DNA of 63,392 bases, counting the filler, from Dimargaris cristalligena (taxonomy: Eukaryota): the NCBI GenBank assembly GCA_003614675.1. It is 4 parts of 4 records of this genome, joined end to end, with 100 filler letters (N's around TTAATTAATTAA, not from the genome) between each part and the next. Parts side by side here need not be neighbours in the genome. Positions count along the whole stretch, not along the records: positions 15,906 to 31,677 come from ML002873.1; positions 31,778 to 47,545 come from ML002874.1; 2 more parts are not named here. One strand, written 5' to 3'. Positions 22,916 through 35,042 of the stretch are shown here, in pieces. The position numbers were made by a program, and so were the translations under genes. The stretch's first letter is position 1, and every line of letters starts with the position of its first letter. A model generated the notes under the pieces. The model made no database searches and had not been told where the DNA came from. It was given only the letters and a program-made list of their open reading frames with translations.

Positions 22916-25900
22916 GACTGGAGTTGCAGAACTATTGTGGATACAGTACCGGATATGACTGTATTAAAGTTTATCAGTTACAGGAGAAGAAAAAAAATGA
23001 CTGGAGGAAGGGTATATACCCAACACTGTAACAAACCCGCGACGATACTATCCGTAGAATAGTCGGGCCAAAATAGCGTAATTTACTTGCTGAGTAATTC
23101 ACTGGCTATTGATTAAATGAATTGTCGATAGCGCGCCAAATAGAAATAGATCCAAGGTATACACTAAGGTCGGCGTTGAAATAGCGAACTCGGTTCGGGA
23201 CCAAACGCAGTGATGCTGGTTATAGGAATTGGTGGTTCATTGACGGATTGGGGTGGGTACCCATAGGGAGTATACAATATTGGTAATGGAAAATGCAATC
23301 GTGACAAAATGGTGGTAGGGAATACGTATCGTCACTAGGACGATGTGGAGGGAAAGGACCAGCAAATAATTAAGAAAAACAGTAAAATAATAAGATCAGG
23401 CGGTGGACATGGGGCGGGGCGTCATATTTATATATATATATGTATGTAAATATTTAGAGTGGCAGGCATCGAGAATGGGTTATCACCCAGTCCCCTATTG
23501 CCCCTGGATGGACTGGGCATAGAGGGGGGACGATGGGGATCGTCTGGGAAACGTTAACCTGATAATCCCGCCTACAGTCATCAGTCGCGGCACATCGGTT
23601 CTCGCTGCTGCTGTTGGCCATTGGGAATCCAGGCATAGAGCTTGGTGATAATAGTTGAGATGGATCACTCTAAAGAATATGAATGGCCTTGGTTGGAAAA
23701 GATCAAGGTGGGGATCCTCTAGTACGACAGTATCTTGTCAAGCCTCCAGAACCCTCATTTACCTCCGCTTAAGGGGGGAGGGGGGTGCGGAAATGAACTA
23801 GACTCCAAGAGCGGAAATAGCGAAGGGCACTCTTTCTTTTACCATCGTCTAACCCCCTCACCGCCCCGCTTCTATGATTCACCCCCCCCCTCATACGCCA
23901 CCGCCGGCTTCCATTCGAAACGGCACCGGGTAGTTCATCCGTCCTCCGCTGACCCACACAGTAATGCGCGTGGGGCTGACGCAGGAGGCCTCCTGAATGG
24001 CTAACATGTCCGTTTTAAGGGGAGAGTGTCACTGACAAGTCAACGCCAAAGGTAACAGTCCGCGGGTACATAACAAGACGTGTGACTAGAGCCAGCAATG
24101 TTTTTTTTTTTTTGGGGGGGGGGGAGGAAGGGTGGCACAGTGAAGGCCGCTAGGCTCGGCCGGAAGAAGCAAGCCAGTGCGGAAGCAGGCACTATTTTGG
24201 CGGGAGGGTTGTCGTCATCTCCTCAGCAATGTCTTTCGTGAACAACGCTCCCTTCCCTTTCCTCCCCCTCCCTTCACTAGAAGTAGGTATAGCAGGGCAA
24301 TTCGAGCGTAATCAGTTGCTGCTGCTCACATTCCCCATAGATCCCACCGGATGATGTGCTAGTGAGAAGGGAAAGGGGTAAGAATAAAAGCTGTGGGGAC
24401 TTCATGTAGCTCTAAATAGAAATAGGGAAATCATAGAAGTGTTCCAAAGCGATAAAAAAATAATACCGATTATCAGGGAGGAAGGCAGCTACGGGCGGTC
24501 CATATGTAACAATCGAGCTATTCCACCTCATTCGCGGTATTTTAGAGGAGAGATACGAGCGGAGGGAATTCATTTGGTATGCATTTTCATTGCACGTCTT
24601 CAGTTTAGAGTAGGGTTACAGGGGGTTTATCCTAACTTTTAAGAAGTTAAGCTAAACCCGCCAGAAACCCCGGCAATGCCCAAAAAATAGGGCTAAAAAC
24701 CGTTGGATTGGTAAACAATGCCAATGGGCCAGCCTTTCCGTATTATAGTATTAGCATGTGTAAAGTATTGTACAGTTGGTATCAGCGCGGCTACCCGGGT
24801 TACAAACCACTTATTCTGGACATTGCCAGTATTTAAAAGTATATACAAGTAGTAGACCTTCAGCGGCCCACTTGGTCAGTCAAGTTGGACACGCTACAGT
24901 ATACCTAACGTACGTCGTCAGCTCTTCAGCCTTTGTTTTGGAATATTGAATAGGCGAAATATGAATAAATATCTCAATAAATATACTCCCTTGAACGCAG
25001 CAACCCCAACGTGATAATTAGATGGATTTGTATTTCCTGTCGATCCTGCCCAGTCATGTTATATAGCGAAATGTACTAGTATGGATGAAGGACCACCCCA
25101 TTTAACCCTTGTGCTATATTCACACTAAGATCAAATGATATTAGCCCCCTGTACTGATATTGCTTTGATAGTTGTACTGCCATCCGCGGCCTCACAATGC
25201 TAACGGCATAATATTATTGGGCATGTTATGACAGCATAGGTGTAATTCATGGCTAGTTCGCTAAGATAGGTGTTTCCCTCAGCTCCATTTCCGACAGGGC
25301 CACAGTCAGAATGAATTACTCAACGCATTGATACCAATCACATATGCCGTGCATTCAAACCAATGTAGGTATCGGAAAGAGACTCGCGTCTGTTTTTTGG
25401 GTGTGAAGATGAAGGATAGTGTGGCGCGAACTTGAAGAATCGGTACATCGTGTCTAGATGAAGGCCGTATCAACGGGCGATCAATTAACGGGACATATTT
25501 GTATACCTAGCTTAACGAAAAGATGCTAATGTAGCCACTGGAGGGAGCTAAATTATACTTAAAAATATTCCAGTGGAGTATTTGATGTTTAGTGTATATA
25601 TTCATTCAAACTATTAGGAACCCCGGGACTTTAGGTCTTTGTTTTTATATATAAATTCAAGCGGGGGGATATGCGCATCCAGAGAGAAGTTTTCGTTCCC
25701 TGCGTCCATTGGTGGTAGCAGCTAATCAAGAGTGCGAGAGGGTGCCTCGACAACTCACTCGTCATTACTGTGAGGCTGCAGTTGGTGCGGGATTAAGCAG
25801 GTTATATAATTCGCCCTAGGCCATTGCAGACTAGTGGAGGTATCGGTCCTGGGGCGGATTCGATGTCTATTTATGGGGGGTAGTGCACATACCAATCCAA

Positions 25901-26334
25901 GCTGCTTATTATTAGTGAGTTCAAAAAGGCCCGCTGTCATCTAGTACCTATTATTTACACGAAACACCATTTTATAATATAGCTTCGATTATACGTGCTG
26001 CCACTCATTTTCTTTCAGGAAAGATGTAATGACAGATCGGTCGCCAAAATTATACTTTAGAATAATGTGACAAAATGGTAGTTCTGTGTTAATAGTAAGG
26101 GTTGGGTCTACCGTATGTCAATGTATGTAATCAGATTAAATAAGGCAAATATGCGACTATAGCTATCCAGGAAAATAACTAGGAGCCTAAGCGGCATTAT
26201 AATAAAACGACATAAAAATGGTATTTTTGGTAAGCTGAAGTATCAGTTGAATACTCCCTAATAATATACACATACTTAGCTCAAGGACTATAGTGAATGT
26301 TACTCTATTGAATAGCGGAATATATATATATATA

Positions 26335-26478
26335 TATGGGTGAAATTCGGACCAGCTCTATAGAGTTTTAAATGCCACGTGTATAGGTAAATAGGCGGCA
26401 TATTCATTTTTAAACCTGTTACATTTGCCTCATCCAACGGATTTTTTTGCTATACAGTCTGGATGAACTTATCCCATA
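26335..26478 (+). mobile_element. MITE family 1, full copy (~144 bp)
   Basis: TATGGGTGAAATTC...GAACTTATCCCATA with imperfect ~28-bp TIRs and TA ends; internal CCTCATCCAACGGATTT core shared with other copies. Confidence 0.8.
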
Positions 26479-26989
26479 TTTTAAAACAGCAATTGCAAAA
26501 CAGTAAAATACCTGTTTAAAATGAAATATCAATAACTAGGTATCGAATGTACTATTATAAGTGATATAGTGGGCATTTAAGAGGTTTATTAGATAATCAA
26601 GAGGGAACATAAGCCATATAACTAACATATTGTAGCCTGGAAATAATGATTAAATGTATGAATGTCACTTGAGAGTCTGATATGACCCGGTCCAAGTCAG
26701 ACCTAAATAGCCAACTGGGCCATTTAAATATCTCAAATCTAGTCCCCTAGATTAGTCTGCTACCTAGGTAGAAATGTAGCGGGCTCCAAATTCACTATAA
26801 TAATTCAATTAGGTATGCATTAGAAATAGGCGATATATCCTCCGATATAAATGAGATAAATATTCTTCAGTGGATACCATCAATATAAATATGAGCAAAT
26901 GTGCCTCGTGGTGTAGTCCAAAAGGAATAGGCTAGTTTACAGGTGTCCTACAATTGGTGGTAAGCACCAGAGAGAGCCAATTCACTGTG

Positions 26990-28470
26990 GGATATTAAGC
27001 CAAAGCACCAGACAGCTGAGTTGCATTTTTTATTGCAAATACAACAGGGGGAATGGTGTTGGGGACAGCGGCAGTTTGAAAATCTCTGGGCAGCTCATAG
27101 ATTAGAAACAAGTCTGTAGTATCTAGGACAACTGTTCCATAGAGAGGCCAAACTGTAAAGTTGTGGAATGGCAGCGACCCCTTGCTTCCTAGCAGCCATA
27201 CTTTATTCCGCACCATGGGGGACCCGTTCGACTTGCATTTGACTGGTTGTGTAGCAGTTCATTTGATAAACAATGAAGTTGGTATAGCAACGAATAGGAC
27301 GGGAGGATTTGCCCTCATCAGTTGTTATCAAAACCAAGAGCCCCCGCTCTACCCTAGATCTGATGGAGGTTCCTTCCTTTAGTGCATCTACACAGTTCAC
27401 CGTTTATACATTTATATCATTTGAATCACCATTGATACATAACAGTTGAAGTAAAAAAAGCCACAAAGGCAGCTTGTTACATCGAGCTATCTACAGCCTA
27501 TGCAATGGCAGTCCGGTTCCCTGAGAGTGGGAGAAACCACCAATATGTGCTAATGTATCCTGGTCTTAACTTGCTATGAACATTTGTTTAGCCCCGCAAT
27601 ATAGCCTAGTTTGTGTTCCTTGGTAAACCCTATAGCCATATTCAAATTTCACCCCGGCATCAGTTTCTACTATAAATGACTTGGCATTGTCGGGAGGATG
27701 TGTTTATTTGAAGCCACTAAGTGGACTACAGGTACTCACCAATAAACCAATATTTAATCCGTTGGGGAGCGGGCGGGTTAGACCAACTTCCAGCGTAGTA
27801 TTGATAATGGGATGACCATTAGTTCCACTAAGTTAAGACCATACAATATTATTTCGACTTTAATATAGCCAAGTTAAATGTAGGGTATTTATAAAACCGG
27901 AAGGCTGCCAACATCCATATTATGGTGGTTATTCAAGCCGACTAGGGTGGCAGGAATATATTCTCCCATGGCAGCATCTCTGCATCCGATTGGTCCTTGG
28001 GATACACAAGGGAAGATGTTAAGCTGGTTTAAAGAATATGGCACAGCCAGGGCAATTATATATGGCAAGGAAAACCAAAGGGCTTCTGAGAAGCATGGAT
28101 CACATGGGTATAGTAGTTTGATATCCATCAGTGCTTATGGTTCCCACTGAGAAAAGAAATGCATGGACATTGCCTAGTACCTCAGGTGTGATACCACTCT
28201 CACAAAGGGTGTAGTTTGTTGGAATGGGGGATACATATGAGAACCAATTGTGAATTGGAGGCTTGTATGGAGATATGTATCCCCAGAAGGCTTTGCAATT
28301 ATTGGTTTGGATGCCATGTATGACCTCCATTGTTGTACCCTTCGGTTTCACAGTGTAGTTGGGACCACTAGTCCATTGTAAAAACTGCTCAAAATAGGTC
28401 AATAATATGGTTTGGAGCTGTACAGTAGCAGCTGCTTGGTGGAGTGCAGATTGTATTCATGGCTAAATCA
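26990..28470 (-). pseudogene. Decayed, CpG-depleted coding remnant of unknown family, next to a solo LTR
   Basis: Chained short ORFs (28100-28402, 27889-28128, 27203-27400, 26995-27216) interrupted by stops explainable by C>T changes. Only one CG between ~27990 and ~28585; a GTGAGT donor near 27739. Confidence 0.45.
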
Positions 28471-28642
28471 AGAGTATCTATACTAATATAATTTTTTTCA
28501 ACTGAAACAGATGAGTTTACTCCCCCCATATACACACACACAGTACATAATCATTGAAAGTCCATATAAATAGAGTGCTGCCACCCCGCTACTTTGGTAT
28601 ATTAGCTTTTATAAAAGTATATATTAATTTCAAGCCTATCTA

Positions 28643-29149
28643 TGTCACCTAGGTTAACCACTCTTAGTCCATCAAGAGTCCCGAGGATAGGCTTCTAATG
28701 GTAGGTGGGGCTTAGGCTCAGCCAAGCAGGCTACTAGCATTAGGGAGGGATTAGTACTAACTAATAAAGAATGAGTACAGGCTAATGCAAGGGATGTGTA
28801 GCAGGCACACTTACTAGCTAATATGATGGGTGAGTGTATAGAGTTTATTGAATAAACTGAGGGGGATAAGAAATAAGCTAAGGAACTAAACCAGTCCCAG
28901 AGGGGCCCGGTTATTTATATGCAGGGACCACTCATAACGAGGGGTCCTTAAGAGCAATGGGATGATTAAAGAAGAGGCAAGGGTCAGGGCCTCAACCAGG
29001 GAGCTTACATCTGGAAGACTCTACTAAGAAAGGAGGAACATTAGATCAGCTGGTGGAGTATTGCATGAGAAGTGTTGGGGCCTAGTCATAGTGGGTTATA
29101 TAGTAAGGGAATAATAATGTAGAGCAATAAGGCAAGATTAGATGGGACA
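28643..29149 (-). mobile_element. Solo-LTR-like repeat, family A
   Basis: Begins TGTCAC and ends GGGACA. The first ~300 bp align clearly with the reverse complement of 61626-62120 (e.g. TCAAGAGTCCCGAGGATAGGCTT, AGGCACACTTACTAG). TATA-like and AATAAA signals on the minus strand; only a 3/5 TSD match (ATCTA/ATCAG). Confidence 0.7.
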
Positions 29150-29395
29150 ATCAGTATTCTCATATTTAGGGAGGATTAGGTGGGCCAACAATCCACCATT
29201 TGCTTCCTTGTCTCTTTTGCAGTTATCAGCTTGATATTGCTTTATTAGCCATTCCTTCTCCTACCCCATTTCACTCTCACTCCAGCTGGATTGGTGTGAT
29301 TCCTTCGATAAATCAGACTCCTTTATTTACTGGTTTGCTTCACCCTTCCCAGTTCAACCACCCCTGTGTCTTTCATTGACTTCATTCCATTCACC

Positions 29396-31390
29396 ATGCA
29401 ACCACTTTGTATAAACACACTCAGCCTAGTTGCCCTTGGGCTCAGCTTGAGCCCCAACCTGCAACTTGGTGTAGCTGCACCTTCACTGGGCAAATCCAGC
29501 CCCTCTATCCCAGAGGTCCCCTTTAATGGAGCTCTTGACAACACCGTACCATCAGCCCCCTCGAGTGATTTGTCACTCCCAATTAATGGCAAAGCAGAAA
29601 AAAATAATGGGTAGCTCTTTGTCGGACCATCTGAGCTCAATTCCCAGGGAGCTGCTTTCAGAAATTTTCAAACAAGCTCATAGTTACGACAACCAACTGG
29701 AACTATTTAGTATTTCCAAGTATATTGGGATTTTATTTTCCGGTTCTCCTGCTGAGAAGGTTAAGGTAGGTATTAAATATTATATCTGTAGGAGATTATA
29801 GTGGTCGTACTGAAATTTTTTACCTCAATACCTGCACCAAATTGTACGAGGGATAGCGGACTATGATGGCACGCAAAAATTTATCACTAGGCCAGCTTTG
29901 ATGTTTATTATCGCCAGAATCTCTATTTTATCGATACCAAGGACCCATCCCAGTCTGACTATTTCTCTTGTTTAATTACTCTAAAGGCCAATTCCATTAA
30001 CTACAACTGCTTCGCGGACAATGCCATGCTAATTTTATAATCACAGTGAATTTTTCCTTTTGCCATTTCCCTCGTATAATAGATAAGCTTCGAATCTGTC
30101 TGACAAGGCCTTAAGTATCTCGAGCGATATTTTGTCAACAGATATGAAACCGAGTATATGACTCCTGTCAGCGACATGCGGCAAGTATTACAAGGCTGGG
30201 ACGGGCTTGTGCACCACCAGATTGCAGTGTGTTTACGCTCCGTGACTATACCTCGATGTCACCAATTGCTAACCCTATATGAGCATGCTCCCATAATCAT
30301 CCAAAGAACTGATTGGTCATAGGCTGTCCCCGCCTATCATGCCCTGAAATATATCGGGGACCTCCCACTATTTCAAGAAATGGCCTGGCGGTTTATCAAT
30401 CCAGTGCATTTAGGAAAAATGGCTTTACGTCTGAACCTGCCCCTTGTGGCATTGGTAGATGATCTGCCCAATGGCAGTGATGTTGTCTCGGCGTTTTCAA
30501 TTCTCTCGGATAAAACAATTGAAGAAATTGGCAAGGAATTCATGGAATTCATGGAAGCAAGAGGGTATGAACTGAATTATCCGGCCGAATATATCGGAGG
30601 CGCCACCGATTTTGCCCTTCTGGATCCCGTACTGTAAGCTTGGCTTAATTTTCGAAGCGATGATGCCTTATTCATTGCTGCGGCTGAATTTGGCAGGGAA
30701 TTGATCCGTAATGTTTTTGGAATTGCCATGACCCGCCTGGTCTCTGGGGGCGGTTGGTTGACTTCAGTCAATTCATAGTCAAATTAAGAGAAATGCGCTC
30801 GAATCTACACTGGGGCCATCACCCTATAAAACCCAATGCTGAAAGTCAACTTGCTATTGTTCTGGCTGCTCTGAGTCGGGATACCAACCTTCTGGAGAAA
30901 TTAGGTAGCCCGTTTGATGGTGATGACACCACATCGCCTGAATCTTTAAGGAGAGAGAAGTTCTAGATGGCTCATATCATGCGTAAGTATAAGCTTTTCC
31001 GAAGTGCCCAATTCATCGAGGAAACTTTGGAATGTGGCTCATTGAATCTCGATATTGCAGATATCCAAATGTATGACCCATTATGAACATTTAGGTAGTT
31101 ATTTCCAGGGTCTACAGCTCACTGACAACGACGAAGCGGGGAAATTTCAAATGAGAGTGTCCGTTTTAAGTTCCGACATCACTGCAACCACTCAAGATTC
31201 TTTGGTCGACATAGATTCGGCGACGTTCGCTCCAGGCCACTGGAAATTTGATCGCTATCTGGCCGAGCCCAAATTTTACCAATATCTCCGACATGGTGCC
31301 TACAAACACACTTTGAAACAATCCAATTCGGCAGCCTCTATTGAAGAGCATGTCTCACTGGAATCTGATCAAATCCCGGATGATTTTTAA
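29396..31390 (+). pseudogene. Probable pseudogene of a lineage-specific secreted protein with an F-box-like motif
   Basis: Signal peptide from ATG 29396; frameshift near the A-run at ~29598 into LSSIPRELLSEIFKQ. In-frame stops at 30635 and 30964 are followed by coding-like sequence; further frameshifts near 30750 and 31060; intron donor GTAGGT at 29766. Confidence 0.6.
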
Positions 31391-31626
31391 AGCCCGAAGT
31401 GCGCTGTCAATAGAACTGGTAAGCATGACCTGTTTTTAAATGCAGCCGGCTGTGACGGCCTACTATTGCTTCACTTTCTTACGCCGCGAATTGCTATTTC
31501 TTTTCATCTTTACCCATTCTATTAGTACACCTATACTATACGGGGCACCCAATTAGCAATAAAATTTTGGTATCTACCGTACCAGTTATTTGAGAGAGAT
31601 AAATCAGATACCATAATTAGGTTGTA

Positions 31627-31677
31627 TATGGGTGAAGTTCAGCTTGGTTGTATAAGGTTTTAACCGATATGTGTATG
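31627..31677 (+). mobile_element. MITE family 1, 5' part cut by contig end
   Basis: TATGGGTGAAGTTCAGCTTGGTTGTATAAGGTTTT matches the left end of the other copies. Confidence 0.7.
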
Positions 31678-31777
31678 NNNNNNNNNNNNNNNNNNNNNNN
31701 NNNNNNNNNNNNNNNNNNNNNTTAATTAATTAANNNNNNNNNNNNNNNNNNNNNNNNNNNNNNNNNNNNNNNNNNNN
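31678..31777. other. Artificial contig spacer
   Basis: N-TTAATTAATTAA-N, 100 nt. Confidence 0.98.
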
Positions 31778-31778
31778 G

Positions 31779-32300
31779 TTTAATTGGTGTACTGGTTCCC
31801 AACCCAAGGATATCCAGCCATACATTAACGAGGCTCTCCTCTTTATAGTGTTCGTACATGCCGAGGTCACGGCGATTACTGTGCAGCCCGGTCCGCTTCT
31901 GACGCGTACACTGGAAACCCTCTGCACTAACCTGACCCAGGAGCTTCTGGAAGCTTTCCGCCAAATCGACCAGTTTAGCGAGGGCGGTCTACTCCAGGCC
32001 ATCCTTGAGATTGACTTGTGCGAATTCGCCCTGGGGGCTTTCCTTACCACCGAAGCTCGCCAGAACATTCACCTACTGAAAACGTACCTCCAAGACACGT
32101 ATCAACGGAATGCCCCTCTACTACCAACTACAAACGCCGCTTCTTCCAATGGCCGGGACGCGCGAGGATCCTACGCCACTGCCGAATCGCTGGCCGTTGA
32201 CCCCATCCACTGGCAGACGATCCGGCAGTTATTGGCCCAAGTGCAACAGCGTACCTCAATGCAGTTCCGCTGCCTTATGGCCGATGGAGTCGTTATGTAA
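31779..32300 (+). CDS. SEC5: Exocyst subunit Sec5 (EXOC2), C-terminal fragment, 5'-truncated
   Basis: FNWCTGSQPKDIQPYINEALLFIVFVHAEV...ELLEAFRQIDQFSEGGLLQAILEID...RTSMQFRCL matches the Sec5 C-terminus; frame open to the contig edge. Confidence 0.85.
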   Translation, partial: FNWCTGSQPKDIQPYINEALLFIVFVHAEVTAITVQPGPLLTRTLETLCTNLTQELLEAFRQIDQFSEGGLLQAILEIDLCEFALGAFLTTEARQNIHLLKTYLQDTYQRNAPLLPTTNAASSNGRDARGSYATAESLAVDPIHWQTIRQLLAQVQQRTSMQFRCLMADGVVM

Positions 32301-32562
32301 ACGTAGAGCTATAGCGTCGATGCCTTTTTATATCTATATATTTGTCGGCAACTATCCAGATACTTTAGGCTAGGATTTTTCATTATCAGGATTTTACGAT
32401 CAATATAATCCTTATATGCCTATATATCCATAAATTATATACATATTTATTAATGCGAAATCGTCGCTTTAATGATATGTTTCCTGAATAATATGGATTA
32501 GGTAAATTCCAAGGCATGTTTAATGAAGGGTCGTATAAAACATGTAAGAGCTTTCACAATCA

Positions 32563-32704
32563 TATGGGTGGAATTCAGTGCAGATGTATAAGGTTTTGGA
32601 TACTACGCGTATGGGAAAGTATACGAGAGATCCATTATTAACCAGTGGTTTTTGCCTCATCCAACGGATTTATCGTTATACAGTCTGGTTGAACCTTTCC
32701 CATA
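32563..32704 (+). mobile_element. MITE family 1, full copy
   Basis: TATGGGTGGAATTCAG...GGTTGAACCTTTCCCATA with the same internal core. Confidence 0.8.
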
Positions 32705-32720
32705 TGCAACCTCTCTAAGG

Positions 32721-32907
32721 TGTTGGAAATACTAAAGGGGAAAAATCAGCTAGAGGACGATGGGTGCCTCTAGGTGGGTAGTTTTATTGAATAATGTGGT
32801 CGACAGTGGGCATTTTAAGCGGGTTACAAAAAGGGACGCAGGATAACTAAATAAGCTAACATAGTTGGTCAGAAACAAGAGATAACAATATACCCGTCGG
32901 GACATAT
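32721..32907 (+). repeat. Dispersed repeat family 2, copy A
   Basis: TGTTGGAAATAC start plus CCTCTAGGTGG.TAGTTTTATTGAATA and TCGGGACATAT blocks, colinear with 62947-63158. Confidence 0.7.
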
Positions 32908-34799
32908 GGTTATGTTGAAATATTACTCTATGTATCCTTTTTCTCGCTTAAATACTGGGCCTATTAAGGACTACTATATTTTAGTAGTCAGCAATGTGGG
33001 TGAACTTACGACCCAAACCCAAACCCACACCCACCATAACCTCCCAATTAATGGCAGGTGCTACCAGTCCGCATCCCCTTCTTTTCCTCGGTGCTACTAT
33101 AATAGGGGCTTGCACTCGCCCTTTGCCTGTGGGTTTGTTTGAGAGCTTGTTAACGTTGAACTGACCACGGCACCTAGCATTGGCCAAGTAGTCCATGGTG
33201 ATGGGTCTACGGATAGGGAAGAGCCACCTTCAACCGAATAGAACTTTAATGAAGGATGAACTCAGTACTTTAGTATCTCTCAAATAACTATGGCCCCATT
33301 CGCTTACTATAACCAACTGCTAGTATCTAAACTTCATATTACTCATCGTCATCTTTACCAATGTTAATAAATTCGCCTATCAACCCTCATAACTATAAAC
33401 GCTAGTTAGCTCGCTAATAACTATTCTCTCACCATGCCCATTGCAACTAAACCATGCTTACTATATATAATGCAGATATTTAGCAACTTTTAATTAACGG
33501 GAGCCATCCATATGCCAGTTTATGATGGAGTATTGGTGTTGGGCGAGAGCAAATGGAAATACAACTTTACAATTGTATTTCTGTTTACTATCAACGGTCT
33601 CGAAATGAGCCTTATGGTATATTGGATAAGAGTGATAAACTAACAAGGTATTTTCTGCGACTAGTACGCGGACTTCAAAAACAGTATGTCGCTTTGGTCG
33701 AAGGGCATTAGCACGGAAGGGCAGTCTCCCAGATTCCACAATACCGCCGTGTAAAGATTAACATGGGAGGTTAATATCGGCAGAAATAGATTGGGAACCG
33801 GGCTAGATTGATCGACGTTGCAAGAGTCCAACTTCGAATTGGAAAATGGCCCAAACAATGACTGGGGCATTGTATTTTTAAGTATGCACTATACACCCCA
33901 GTTGGCTAAAGTTCGAAATAGAAGGCCCGGTCGGACATATAGAGGGAGTTCGCCGTTTAGCAGGCACCAGCCTTTCACCTATAGTAGCGGGTTATATTTT
34001 CAAACCAATGTCTCGGGTAAAGCTAGACACCCTATTGACCACCACTAAATTAAGTTTGGTCCTTTAGAAGGGGTATAAAAACGAGCACCGGCAAGTTTTC
34101 GCAGCTTAATCCTTAAAGTCTATACTACCACCAGCGGGGAAGAAGTAGTGGGGCTTTGAGTACAAGGTATCGCCAAGAACATAGAGCCGAGGGATTATAG
34201 ATTACCCGACGATGGGCTAGGATTGTCACTGTATCAACGTAAAGTCGCGAACTGGCAGCCATCTCACTCAAGAGACTTTGAGTTATCCATAGTGTAGTTG
34301 ATTCGGGTTCTCGGCTATCAAAAAATGAATCGACCGCAAGTTAAACCAGGATCGTAGAAGAAAAGGTGATAAGAGGCAGACATGTACTGTATCAGTAAAA
34401 TGCCGGGACGATATCGTAGTGGAGTCCAGGCCACTGCCCACAAGAGCACTCTCTTTATTTACCCAGAATAATGACCTTGGTAATAATAGCAAGGGCTCGG
34501 GGGACCTCTGCTGATAGAGACAACATTTAATAAATGCCCCCCTCGCCCATGGGCTCTCTTCTCTACCAATTTACTCGACGGCCAAGGCAAGCGGACAGTA
34601 CTATATATCCACCACCCTCGCCCACTATCCTGCATTCTCCCACCCATCACATTCTCTCAACTTCGTTAGCCAGTACTTCGTACGAAACACCCATTGATAT
34701 GTTCTCTAGTAGCTCCGCTTCATCCCATCACCTATTCTCATCCACCATCACATTGACTTCATTCCCAGCGTGTTCGTCCATAACTTTTTATTAAATAAT

Positions 34800-35042
34800 A
34801 TGTTTCCCAAATTTACTCTACTGCTCATCCTACCTTTTCTTATCATCCCGGGGCGGTGCATACCCGCTCTTATCTCTAAATTAGGGCCCGTAAAAGGTCT
34901 TGCAATACCCCGGTTTCAACCACCGCGAAAGTCCCCTAAATTCTACGTTGACAATAAATCCAGGCAAAATATCTTTCAAAAAAAACCTAGCGTGACGGGT
35001 GCCATTAAAAAGGGTATAAAAAAACTCGTCGGCCGAGGCTAG
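34800..35042 (+). CDS. Small secreted cationic peptide precursor A (80 aa)
   Basis: Hydrophobic leader MFPKFTLLLILPFLIIPGRC, Lys/Arg/Pro-rich body, C-terminal VTGAIKKGIKKLVGRG; coding and flanking DNA similar to 48533-48778. Confidence 0.65.
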   Translation: MFPKFTLLLILPFLIIPGRCIPALISKLGPVKGLAIPRFQPPRKSPKFYVDNKSRQNIFQKKPSVTGAIKKGIKKLVGRG

